Source: Bacteroidota bacterium (GTDB lineage: Bacteria; Bacteroidota; Ignavibacteria; Kapaibacteriales; UBA961). From it: a DNA stretch of 64,000 nt. Where the stretch lies: contig JAFDZU010000010.1 of assembly GCA_018266765.1 (NCBI GenBank), positions 4,916-68,915 on the forward strand, in the 5' to 3' direction. Below the pieces are notes generated by a model, which saw only the letters and a program-made list of their open reading frames with translations, searched no databases and had not been told where the DNA came from. Position 1 is the stretch's first letter, and each line of letters opens with the position of its first letter. Of the stretch, positions 37,600-46,385 are shown piece by piece. Position numbers and translations under genes: made by a program.

Positions 37600-39750
37600 A
37601 TGAAACAATTCTGTACTTTTTTGTTGTGCGTATTCTTTGGGGCAATCGTAAGTGCTGAGGCACAATCTCCTAAAGATTTCGCAGTTATGATAAATGCTAC
37701 CACTCAAAAAACACCTAAGCCGAGCATTACAATAGGTTGGGAAAAAGATAAATTTGCTAAACATTATTCAGTATATCGCCGATTGCCGGGTGAATTTAGC
37801 TGGGGAAATGTTATGGCAGAGCTGGATTCTACAGTAACAAAATATACTGACAACTCAATTGAAATAGGCACTCAATACGAATATCAAATTCTCAAAAAAG
37901 CTGTACAAAACGATACAACCATTTATCTTGGAACAGGGTATGTAGTTTCAGGGATTGAAGTTCCACCTGCAGTTTTCCGCGGAAAAGTTTTACTGTTAAT
38001 TGACAGCACAATCGTTTCACCGTTGAGTAATGAAATCAATCGGTTGGAGAAGGATTTGAAATCTGAGGCATGGAGTGTTGTCCGCAGGTATGTTTCAAGA
38101 ACAGAAGCGTTCAACGGTCAAGCAGTGAAGAAAGTGAAGAGTATTATTCTTGAAGAATATAATAATGATAAAAAATATCTAAAATCCGTCTTACTGCTTG
38201 GTAGAGTTGCAGTTCCGTATTCAGGAAATCTCAACCCCGACGGGCATCCTGATCATTTGGGAGCTTGGCCTGCTGACTGCTATTATGGAGATATAGACGG
38301 AAATTGGACAGATAAATCTGTCAATAGTACGGTCGCCGGGCGTGCTCAAAACAAAAACATTCCTAACGACGGGAAATTTGACCAAACCGGATTCGACGAA
38401 GGGCTTACTCCGATTGCCATTGAATTACAAGTCGGCAGAGTGGATTTTTATGATATGCCGAGCTTTAGAGATACAGTCCTTCATAAAACACTTTTCGACT
38501 CAGAGCTTGCCTTATTAAAAAGATATTTAGATAAAAATCATGCGTACCGTTCCGGTGCGATGAATGTAAAAACTAAGGGATGGATAGCTGATAATTTTGG
38601 TTCGTATGGAGGTGATATGTTTGCTAATTCCGGCTGGCGGAATTTTTCGGCTTTGCTGAGTGATACGAATGTAAAAGCGGGAGATTATTTTACCGGAGTG
38701 GCTGATACAAATGTACTATGGGCTTATGGTTGTGGCGGTGGAAGTTTTACAAGTTGTGGTGGCGTTGGTTCAACCTCAGATTTTGTAGTTAAGCCCGTAA
38801 ACGCAGTATTTACAATGCTTTTCGGCAGTTATTTTGGTGATTGGGATTCACAAAATAACATTATGAGAGCAGTTCTTGCTTCGAAAGGTTCAGCTCTTTC
38901 ATGTTCATGGGCAGGCAGACCTCAGTGGTACTATCACAATATGGGGATGGGCGAGTCAATCGGCTATTCCACAGTACTTACTCAGAATAATTATGCAGAT
39001 TATATTTATCGCGGATTGTTTAATCAGCAATATCCAGATGGAGTTATTATACTTCCGTATGGAACACGTTGGGTTCATAATGCACTACTGGGAGATCCAA
39101 CTCTGAGAATGAATTTGAACAAAGGAGCGATTCCCAAACCGGATAATATCGAGCAACCATTACCCGTAAGTAGTGGAGAGGGAAGTTATATTCATTTAAA
39201 TTGGAATTATAATTCACCAAATGATGAAAAAAAAGTAGATGGGTATTTTATATATCGTCTTGATCCTCAATCAGGTAATTACATCCAAATCAATACTTCG
39301 ATACTAAAAGATGCTTCATATACTGACACAAATGTTGTAAAGGATAAATCCTATTCATACTTCGTGCGTGGGGTAGCATTATGTCATTCAGCTACTGGAA
39401 GTTATTATGATATGAGTGATAGTATTAGTATAAATAATATTCAAGTGCCTGTTGGTGTGGATGAAGGAAATCGAGCGATAGCAGGTTTAGAAAGTTCGCC
39501 GATTCCTGCTGTTCGTTATTCAGATATTCACTTTTCGTTAGAAAAAGCAGGAGAGGTTCAATTGGAAATAACTGATATTTCAGGTAATAAAGTTAATAAT
39601 TTAGGAACTCTGCATTATCAATTAGGTGAACAAACTATTCGTTGGGATTTGACTGATTCTCGCGGAAATCATGTAAGTGCAGGTATATATTTGCTCACAC
39701 TTACTCAAGACAAGCAATCAAAAACTATTAAAATAGTTGTAGCAAACTAA
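37600..39750 (+). CDS. Secreted peptidase-C25 (gingipain)-like protein with a T9SS C-terminal sorting domain.
   Basis: Signal peptide. The segment KVLLLIDSTIVSPL…YLKSVLLLGRVAVPY…DCYYGDIDGNW…VGRVDF follows the Peptidase_C25 pattern (LLIxD…LLvGd…sDxyYxxlDgd…GRlp). Possible catalytic Cys region AYGCGGGSFTSCGG. CTD …GEVQLEITDISGNKV…SAGIYLLTLTQDKQSKTIKIVVAN. Recalled from family knowledge, not searched. Confidence 0.45.
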   Translation: MKQFCTFLLCVFFGAIVSAEAQSPKDFAVMINATTQKTPKPSITIGWEKDKFAKHYSVYRRLPGEFSWGNVMAELDSTVTKYTDNSIEIGTQYEYQILKKAVQNDTTIYLGTGYVVSGIEVPPAVFRGKVLLLIDSTIVSPLSNEINRLEKDLKSEAWSVVRRYVSRTEAFNGQAVKKVKSIILEEYNNDKKYLKSVLLLGRVAVPYSGNLNPDGHPDHLGAWPADCYYGDIDGNWTDKSVNSTVAGRAQNKNIPNDGKFDQTGFDEGLTPIAIELQVGRVDFYDMPSFRDTVLHKTLFDSELALLKRYLDKNHAYRSGAMNVKTKGWIADNFGSYGGDMFANSGWRNFSALLSDTNVKAGDYFTGVADTNVLWAYGCGGGSFTSCGGVGSTSDFVVKPVNAVFTMLFGSYFGDWDSQNNIMRAVLASKGSALSCSWAGRPQWYYHNMGMGESIGYSTVLTQNNYADYIYRGLFNQQYPDGVIILPYGTRWVHNALLGDPTLRMNLNKGAIPKPDNIEQPLPVSSGEGSYIHLNWNYNSPNDEKKVDGYFIYRLDPQSGNYIQINTSILKDASYTDTNVVKDKSYSYFVRGVALCHSATGSYYDMSDSISINNIQVPVGVDEGNRAIAGLESSPIPAVRYSDIHFSLEKAGEVQLEITDISGNKVNNLGTLHYQLGEQTIRWDLTDSRGNHVSAGIYLLTLTQDKQSKTIKIVVAN

Positions 39751-40650
39751 ATGAATTCTAAGAGATTGCGGATTTTTCAAACGACGGTATTAGATTGGTA
39801 TATGGTTAATAAACGGGAGTTTCTTTGGCGCAAAGAAACTCCCGAGCCATTTATAACGCTTGTATCGGAAGTAATGCTCCAACAAACCCAAACTTCGAGA
39901 GTAGAAGAAAAATTACCTGAGTTTCTAATGCAATTCACTACCATAACAGCACTTGCAAATGCAAGTAACGCTGAAATCATTCGAGCATGGAAAGGTATGG
40001 GATATAATAATCGCGCTCTGCGACTTCGGGATGCCGCTCGTCGTATCTGCGAACTCCACAGTGGTACAATTCCTCAAACGCTTGATGACTTGCTTGCATT
40101 GCCCGGAATTGGTCGTTATACAGCAACTGCAATTATGGCTTTTAGTTATGGGTGTGATGTAGCGGCTGTAGATGTTAATATTCGCCGAGTATATTCTCGG
40201 TTGTTTTTTAAAATGGAAACAACATCGTCGGTAGCTTCGGAGAGTGAAATTAATAAACTTTCTGAACGTATATTTCCGAAAGGCCATGCTTCCGATTGGC
40301 ATCAAGCAATCATGGATATTGGCTCACGGTTCTGCACTGCAAAACGGCCTGATTGTTCAAATTGTCCGTTAATTTCAGATTGTCTTTCCGCCGGATTAAT
40401 GATAGAATACACTCCAACAAAACGAGCTGAACCGTCATACAAAAAAATCCCCCGAAGAATTTGGCGAGGGAAAATTGTGGATTTACTAAGACACACACAC
40501 TCTATGTCTTTTGAAACAATGATAGATTCATTATTCGGTGTAGAAGCAAATGACGATGACAGAAAATGGCTACTTGAAATTATCAGCATTCTCGAAAAAG
40601 ACTCAATGATTGTTCAAGATGGAAATACACTGCGACTAAAGGATAATTAA
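39751..40650 (+). CDS. mutY: HhH-GPD DNA glycosylase, MutY-like (A/G-specific adenine glycosylase catalytic domain), short form without an obvious NUDIX-like C-terminal domain.
   Basis: WYMVNKREFLWRKETPEPFITLVSEVMLQQTQ. HhH LPGIGRYTATAIMAF with no catalytic Lys, so monofunctional. Catalytic Asp in VDVNIRRV. 4Fe-4S loop CTAKRPDCSNCPLISDC. Only 299 aa. Confidence 0.65.
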   Translation: MNSKRLRIFQTTVLDWYMVNKREFLWRKETPEPFITLVSEVMLQQTQTSRVEEKLPEFLMQFTTITALANASNAEIIRAWKGMGYNNRALRLRDAARRICELHSGTIPQTLDDLLALPGIGRYTATAIMAFSYGCDVAAVDVNIRRVYSRLFFKMETTSSVASESEINKLSERIFPKGHASDWHQAIMDIGSRFCTAKRPDCSNCPLISDCLSAGLMIEYTPTKRAEPSYKKIPRRIWRGKIVDLLRHTHSMSFETMIDSLFGVEANDDDRKWLLEIISILEKDSMIVQDGNTLRLKDN

Positions 40651-40766
40651 TCAATCTAAATGGTGATAGGATAGTTACAGTTACAAGTAATAATTATGGA
40701 AACTTCATAGTTAGAATGTACTTGAAACTGATAAAAATAGAGCCGTCCATTCTTTAAAAACTAAAT

Positions 40767-40802
40767 AGCCCTAACAGACTGTATTATAATCTGTTTGGGC
40801 TA
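40767..40802. terminator. Bidirectional hairpin between convergent genes.
   Basis: AGCCCTAACAGACTG tattataat CTGTTTGGGCT (one mismatch). Confidence 0.5.
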
Positions 40803-40819
40803 CTTATCTTTGTTTTCTC

Positions 40820-42394
40820 TTAATGACTAACAATTATTGGTTTCATAATAGTCCCTTTTAAAGAGTGAATAACCGCAAAGTACATTCCACTTGCCAAGTG
40901 GGTAGCATCAATCTCAGCTTTACTGTTAATTACTTGCTGATTTGCGACTTCCATACCTATACTATTCATAATATGTAGCGATGTACCGTTTTCTATCCCC
41001 GATATTGTTACGGTTGTTGTTGTTGGGGTTGGATAGACAGAGATATTGTCATTAGGAATTAGTACTTGCTCCAAAACCCCTGTTGCTCTTGGGCGAAGGC
41101 GTGTGATTTGTATAGATGTTTCTTGTTCTTTCCCGTAAACTATACTGTTACAAACAAATACTACATCTCCATTTGGTGCTTCAGCAAAACTCATAATTCT
41201 ATTCATAAGATTTTTATCTCCTGTTGTATAATACCAATCACATTCACCTTCATCATTCAATTTTGCAATAATACCTAAATGAGCATCTGAATAATTAATT
41301 GAGCCGTCATCTTTAAAAGAATAGATTTCACCGGTAATAAAAAAACCGCCCGTATTTCCTTTTGTAATTTCAAAATAAAAGAATTTAAGGTTTTTTAATA
41401 GTTCAGGTTGTTTTTTCCATAATAAGTTTCCTTTAGTATCATATTTTGACGTAATAAATGTTCTATCACTGCTACCTTGCAAGATAAAATATGACCCATC
41501 AGTATTGATTGCAACATCTGCTTCATTTTCCGTATGAATGACTAAGCGATTTATAAATTCAAATTCATTTGTGTATCGAAGTAACGTAACACTCCTTGCA
41601 GTATCTAAAGGAAACAACCCCGAATTTACTATGGTAAATGAAGCACTATTATACGGTAATATGCCTCGTATTCTATTATACATATCCTTTTTATATTCAT
41701 TATTGAACGAAAGTGTATTCTGTATTTTTGTAAACGAAGTATCAATCGAGAAAATCGAAATGCTGTCGGATTTCTCTCTATTTACATACACTCTTGTGTC
41801 AGGAAAAATAGTATAAACAGGTCCATGAGGAAGTGACTTTGGTAAAAGGGTACGAGTTGATTTTTCTTCCTTGACAGTTCCATCCGGAGAAATAATGAAT
41901 CTAATTGGATATGTGTCATAAAACCGAAATTGGTCTATCTTTCCTTCGTAGCCATAGACAAGAATATCACCATTGGTAAGTTCCGAAATATTCTCAAATC
42001 GTATATAATACTTTGAGGTATCTTCAGGAAAATCTTCAGAAAATTTCCTGTTGATTGTCCATTCTATCGCACCACTACCATTAATTTTTGTAAGTAATCC
42101 CCCCCTATTATAGATATGGCTAGCATAATAGAAACTGCCATCAGAAGCCGCAAAAAAGTGATTGGTCGTTATATCATGCCACTCCGGCTTATACACTAAC
42201 TTTTGCCAAACAGAATCAACTTCTCCACCTATTGTTGTTTTGAAGACATTGTTACTCAGAATACGAGAACCGCTTTTACTTTTGTGAATGTTTGGAGCTA
42301 ATTCTTGGGCTCCCAATGAATGGATGCTGTTATTAATATCTACCGTTAGAGAAGATAACAGTACAACCAAAAAAATTACAATATTATTTTTCAT
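40820..42394 (-). CDS. Secreted protein with a T9SS C-terminal sorting domain.
   Basis: Signal peptide MKNNIVIFLVVLLSSLTV. C-terminus …ISVYPTPTTTTVTISGIENGTSLHIMNSIGMEVANQ…ASGMYFAVIHSLKGTIMKPIIVSH is a Por_Secre_tail pattern. Confidence 0.65.
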   Translation of the reverse strand: MKNNIVIFLVVLLSSLTVDINNSIHSLGAQELAPNIHKSKSGSRILSNNVFKTTIGGEVDSVWQKLVYKPEWHDITTNHFFAASDGSFYYASHIYNRGGLLTKINGSGAIEWTINRKFSEDFPEDTSKYYIRFENISELTNGDILVYGYEGKIDQFRFYDTYPIRFIISPDGTVKEEKSTRTLLPKSLPHGPVYTIFPDTRVYVNREKSDSISIFSIDTSFTKIQNTLSFNNEYKKDMYNRIRGILPYNSASFTIVNSGLFPLDTARSVTLLRYTNEFEFINRLVIHTENEADVAINTDGSYFILQGSSDRTFITSKYDTKGNLLWKKQPELLKNLKFFYFEITKGNTGGFFITGEIYSFKDDGSINYSDAHLGIIAKLNDEGECDWYYTTGDKNLMNRIMSFAEAPNGDVVFVCNSIVYGKEQETSIQITRLRPRATGVLEQVLIPNDNISVYPTPTTTTVTISGIENGTSLHIMNSIGMEVANQQVINSKAEIDATHLASGMYFAVIHSLKGTIMKPIIVSH

Positions 42395-42624
42395 AAAAAG
42401 TATGGAATAGTTAATTTAAACTTTATGGTCAAATCGGGTGTGTAGACTTATGTTACATGTTAAATTTTTATAAGATATTCCGTAGCGGCTGGTTTACAAA
42501 CCCACCGTACAGAATTTTATTACAAATTAAAGAATAATGATACCAACATTTGATTTTCACTTAATATATTTGATTCTATACTAAGTAGAATTTCAAGAAT
42601 TAATAACGAAACTTCATAGTATTG

Positions 42625-43488
42625 TTATTCCGGGCAGCTTAGAGAATAACAGCCGGTACGATGAACTATAGTACATCCGTCCGGAGCGGTAAATGAAGAA
42701 AACCCGGTACAAGATGTAGAGAAACCGTAAGATGTAGTTGTAGGATTACAAGTACGAACCTCTCCGGTTGAAACATCATAACACATCTGCCAAGTTTTGA
42801 TACAACATTTTGAAGATTCACAAGCCATCCTCCAAGTTCCGGCAAATGGGGATCCTGTTGATGATGTTAATTCAAGGAATTCATAACATTCAGCGGAATA
42901 TGATCGTACCACTGCAAAGCCAGAGCCGGACGCACATCCTGTTGAGCCGAGGCAATCATAGCTACTATTTCCTTGTCGAATATAATTTTTAAAAAAGTGT
43001 TTAGCTGCAAGAATGTGTCCATAAGGCCAGATAGATTCAGATATACTCTTCCATGTAGCTTTTTCAGCAGGAGTACCATTAATGGCTATGTTCTTAAAGT
43101 AGTCATAACAAGGATTAGCTATCTGATACTGATTGACTTCGACTTCATACGTAGTACCACACCATCTATACCTATATCCAAAACATACTTGACAGCCGAC
43201 AGATAAACCATCAATTGGTATATAGACAGTTGTACAAAGATCAGTATTAAGTGGAGAAGAATTTACTTGCGTCCAGGTAGTCCATGTACATCCAACTGTT
43301 GCAGGTCCACAGTCTTCTCCCTTTGCATTAGGAGAATAACTTAATGAAGAAATAAAGACTATAAGAAGTGCAAGCCAAATGGCTTTTCCTCCTAACTCTC
43401 TATGTAAACAAGAGGTTAAATTGCGTGGACTCGGGGGGGGGGGGGACAGTAACTGCATTCCACATATAAGCGGAACTACGGCGAACAT
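42625..43488 (-). CDS. Cysteine-rich secreted protein of unknown function, with a homopolymeric tract in its 5' coding region.
   Basis: ATG at 43488. Hydrophobic signal-like segment KAIWLALLIVFISSLSYSPNA, preceded by a 33-aa extension containing SPPPPSP, which is encoded by the G13/C13 tract. The mature part has ~19 Cys (DCGP, GCTW, KCCIK, SCPE…). No family recognised. Confidence 0.55.
   Translation of the reverse strand: MFAVVPLICGMQLLSPPPPSPRNLTSCLHRELGGKAIWLALLIVFISSLSYSPNAKGEDCGPATVGCTWTTWTQVNSSPLNTDLCTTVYIPIDGLSVGCQVCFGYRYRWCGTTYEVEVNQYQIANPCYDYFKNIAINGTPAEKATWKSISESIWPYGHILAAKHFFKNYIRQGNSSYDCLGSTGCASGSGFAVVRSYSAECYEFLELTSSTGSPFAGTWRMACESSKCCIKTWQMCYDVSTGEVRTCNPTTTSYGFSTSCTGFSSFTAPDGCTIVHRTGCYSLSCPE
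43433..43445 (-). repeat. Homopolymeric G13 tract (C13 on the coding strand). A candidate slipped-strand phase-variation switch.
   Basis: tcGGGGGGGGGGGGGacagt lies 14 codons into the ORF that starts at 43488. A length of 13 keeps the frame; +/-1 leads to a stop within ~10-15 codons. Confidence 0.75.
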
Positions 43489-43823
43489 TAGGGAGAAATT
43501 GCATAAAGCACTCCATAAATAATTAGTTAAAAAATAATACTATATTTATGTTAGGAAAACAATTCCAACAGACAACCCAAATTACTATTTAATTTTATTA
43601 CATGCAAGACCTTTGCTTAATAAAATTAATTATTCCAAAATGTTATTATCGGTTAAATATTTTCTGATTATTTAATTTTTGTTTAATTTGCAAGTAGGGT
43701 AGTGATAGGACGACCCTTACTCACAAAAAACGACGTTATCCTTCACGCGCTTAATTCTATATAAACTATTGATTTAATAATTTCGCTGTTACCGTGAGTT
43801 ATACAGCACAAGGAGAAATTATT

Positions 43824-44363
43824 ATGTCTAAAAATAGGCATCGTCTTTATGAAGGGAAAATAAAAGCATCCCTTCTTCTCAAAAATCTTCGCTCAGAAGA
43901 CCTTGAAACGGCACAACTATCTGCCCGCCGTTTTCAAATCCTCCCACAATATTCTGCTCTCGATAGTGAGTTAATTAATTTGCAGAGTAAAACTGTGCGG
44001 TTAAAACATGCTCTTGAGGTAATTGCACTCGAACATGGAGTTTCTGATTGGAGCAGGTTTAAGCGGAAAATTACCGAAGAAGACTGTTTGTATCCTCAAA
44101 CGTGGAGCGCGCATTTCAATACATGGTATGCAAACTACGACGAGGCGAAAGACCATCTCAATAAAGTGGGTGGATATTTACTTCGTTATCGGCAACACTA
44201 TTTTATTTGCGAAAATGGATATATCCAAGCGTTAGGTTTGGAAGAATTTCAAGCTGAATGGGAACGCATCGGCTATGATTGGGTAAAGCCCTCAGATATA
44301 CTATCGTGGAATGTATTATTCAAAGAAGCTGAAAAGCAATATTTGGCTCGAATGCCAAAGTAG
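43824..44363 (+). CDS. Hypothetical cytoplasmic protein (179 aa), divergent from the Cys-rich gene.
   Basis: The ORF track begins with GTG at 43794. ATG 43824 is preceded by AGGAG (caaggagaaattattATG). No signal peptide and no recognisable domain. Confidence 0.5.
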   Translation: MSKNRHRLYEGKIKASLLLKNLRSEDLETAQLSARRFQILPQYSALDSELINLQSKTVRLKHALEVIALEHGVSDWSRFKRKITEEDCLYPQTWSAHFNTWYANYDEAKDHLNKVGGYLLRYRQHYFICENGYIQALGLEEFQAEWERIGYDWVKPSDILSWNVLFKEAEKQYLARMPK

Positions 44364-44371
44364 ATATAAAA

Positions 44372-44410
44372 TGTAATGGTCGCAGAGGGTGTAATTCCTT
44401 AGCGACCATT
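44372..44410. terminator. Bidirectional terminator between convergent genes.
   Basis: AATGGTCGCagagggtgtaattccttaGCGACCATT, followed by TTGTTTTTATTTT. Confidence 0.65.
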
Positions 44411-44432
44411 TTGTTTTTATTTTGATGTTGAT

Positions 44433-46097
44433 TTATACTTGCAACACACCCGATTTCCAAACCTTTACTTCTGCATTATGAGAAGCAACTGCAAGTCCTC
44501 TCGAAACGATAAATCTTGTTTCCATTGGCGATATTATACCATCTACCCAAAGCTGTGAAGCCGCATAAAGTGGTTCTGTTTGCGCTGTATATTGGTCTTG
44601 AATTTCATTTAATAATTCTTTTTGTTCGGCTTCTGTTAATACTTTTCCAAGTTTTTTAAGGGAAGCAAGTTTAATTGTCAGTAGAGTTTTTGATGCTTGT
44701 GCGCCACCCATCACTGCTATTTGTGCAGATGGATAAGCGAATATAAGACGTGGGTCATACGCTTTTCCGCACATAGCATAATTTCCAGCTCCATAACTGT
44801 TTCCGACAATAAAAGTGAATTTGGGGACAACTGAATTTGAAACTGCATTGACCATTTTCGCACCGTCTTTTATGATTCCGCCTTGTTCGGCACGAGTTCC
44901 GACCATGAATCCTGTAACATCTTGAAAAAATACCAACGGAATACCTCGTTGATTACAATTCATGATAAATCGAGCTGCTTTATCTGCGCTTTCGGAATAG
45001 ATAACACCACCGATTTGCATTTCACCCGCACCAGACCGAACTATCTCACGATTATTAGCTACAATACCGACTGCCCAGCCATCAATACGAGCATAACCAC
45101 ATATTATAGTTTTGCCGTATTCAGCTTTGTACTCATCAAGTTCGGAGTTGTCGAGTATGCGAGCTAACAGTTCGTAAGTGCTATATGGTTTCGTTCGCTC
45201 TGAAGGAATAATTGAAAGTATTTCTTCTTCGGGGAATTTCGGCGGAACTGATGCCGACCGCTCAAAAATATTCTTTTGTCCTTTTGCCGGAGCAAACTTA
45301 CTGACCAAAGACCGAATCGTTTCGAGTGCTTCTTGGTCATTTTTTACTTTATAGTCTATTACTCCTGAAATAGATGCGTGCATTTCTGCGCCACCAAGTG
45401 GTTCAATGCCTGTTCTTTCACCGATTGCTGCCTCGACTAATGCAGGTCCGGCTAAAAATACACTTCCTGTTCCCTCTACAATAATTGCCTCATCACTCAT
45501 AATTGGTAAATATGCTCCGCCTGCAACACAAGGCCCCATAATAGCTGCAATTTGAGGCACACCCAAGCCGGATAACAGAGCATTGTTGCGAAATTGCCGT
45601 CCAAAATGTTCTTTATCAGGGAAAATTTCATCTTGCATCGGTAAAAATACACCTGCTGAATCCACCAGATAAATTATAGGAAGATGATTTTCAATGGCTA
45701 TTTCTTGCGCTCTCATATTTTTTTTTGCGGTCATCGGAAACCAAGCACCGGCTTTTACAGTTGCATCATTTGCAACAATCATACATTCGCGTCCGCTAAT
45801 TATTCCTATCCCACAAACGACACCTGCACTTGGTGCACCACCTTGATCGGCATACATATCATAAGCGGCAAAAAGTCCAATCTCTAGAAACTCTGAACTC
45901 TCGTCTGTTAGAAGTTCTATTCGTTCTCTTGCTGTCAATTTTCCTTTTGCTTTATGCTTTGCAATCGAGGATTTCCCGCCCCCAAGTTTAACTTTTGTAC
46001 CTTTGGCGGTAATGATTCGTAAGAGTTCAGAATTTACATCACGGTTTTTTTCCGTCGGAAGGTCAGATAGAAGAGGAGTGCCGATTTGTTTGGACAT
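44433..46097 (-). CDS. Acyl-CoA carboxylase carboxyltransferase subunit (propionyl-CoA carboxylase beta / methylmalonyl-CoA decarboxylase alpha family).
   Basis: 554 aa. Carboxyl_trans domain motifs …GGGKSSIAKHKAKGKLTARERIELL…, AGVVCGIGIISGRECMIVANDATVKAGA and GIVANNREIVRSGAG. Confidence 0.85.
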   Translation of the reverse strand: MSKQIGTPLLSDLPTEKNRDVNSELLRIITAKGTKVKLGGGKSSIAKHKAKGKLTARERIELLTDESSEFLEIGLFAAYDMYADQGGAPSAGVVCGIGIISGRECMIVANDATVKAGAWFPMTAKKNMRAQEIAIENHLPIIYLVDSAGVFLPMQDEIFPDKEHFGRQFRNNALLSGLGVPQIAAIMGPCVAGGAYLPIMSDEAIIVEGTGSVFLAGPALVEAAIGERTGIEPLGGAEMHASISGVIDYKVKNDQEALETIRSLVSKFAPAKGQKNIFERSASVPPKFPEEEILSIIPSERTKPYSTYELLARILDNSELDEYKAEYGKTIICGYARIDGWAVGIVANNREIVRSGAGEMQIGGVIYSESADKAARFIMNCNQRGIPLVFFQDVTGFMVGTRAEQGGIIKDGAKMVNAVSNSVVPKFTFIVGNSYGAGNYAMCGKAYDPRLIFAYPSAQIAVMGGAQASKTLLTIKLASLKKLGKVLTEAEQKELLNEIQDQYTAQTEPLYAASQLWVDGIISPMETRFIVSRGLAVASHNAEVKVWKSGVLQV

Positions 46098-46385
46098 AAT
46101 AAAATAGGTTTGAGGTTGAGTATGATTGTAAAAGTTTTAAAATTTATATTATTCTAAAACATTAGAAGAATTAAAAAAAATATGTTCTTCTTCTCAGTAT
46201 AAAAATCAGAATGCTAAATGATTTTAATATTGAGATAATTCTTTAATTAGTATTTGGTTGTTATAGATAATAATTGTATCTTAATAAATTCAAATTATAT
46301 AGAGTAAAGTAATATATAAATAATATTAAGTTCAAGCTGTATAATTGATTCTCATTTTATTTTTATAATATTCAGGGGTATAAAA

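Noticed and set aside
42395-42624. Possible tRNA/small RNA in the spacer containing GGTTTACAAACC and other short hairpins.
   Set aside because: There is no cloverleaf-compatible arrangement (no acceptor/T-arm consensus GTTC-A-ATC). It is probably just the 3' UTR/promoter.
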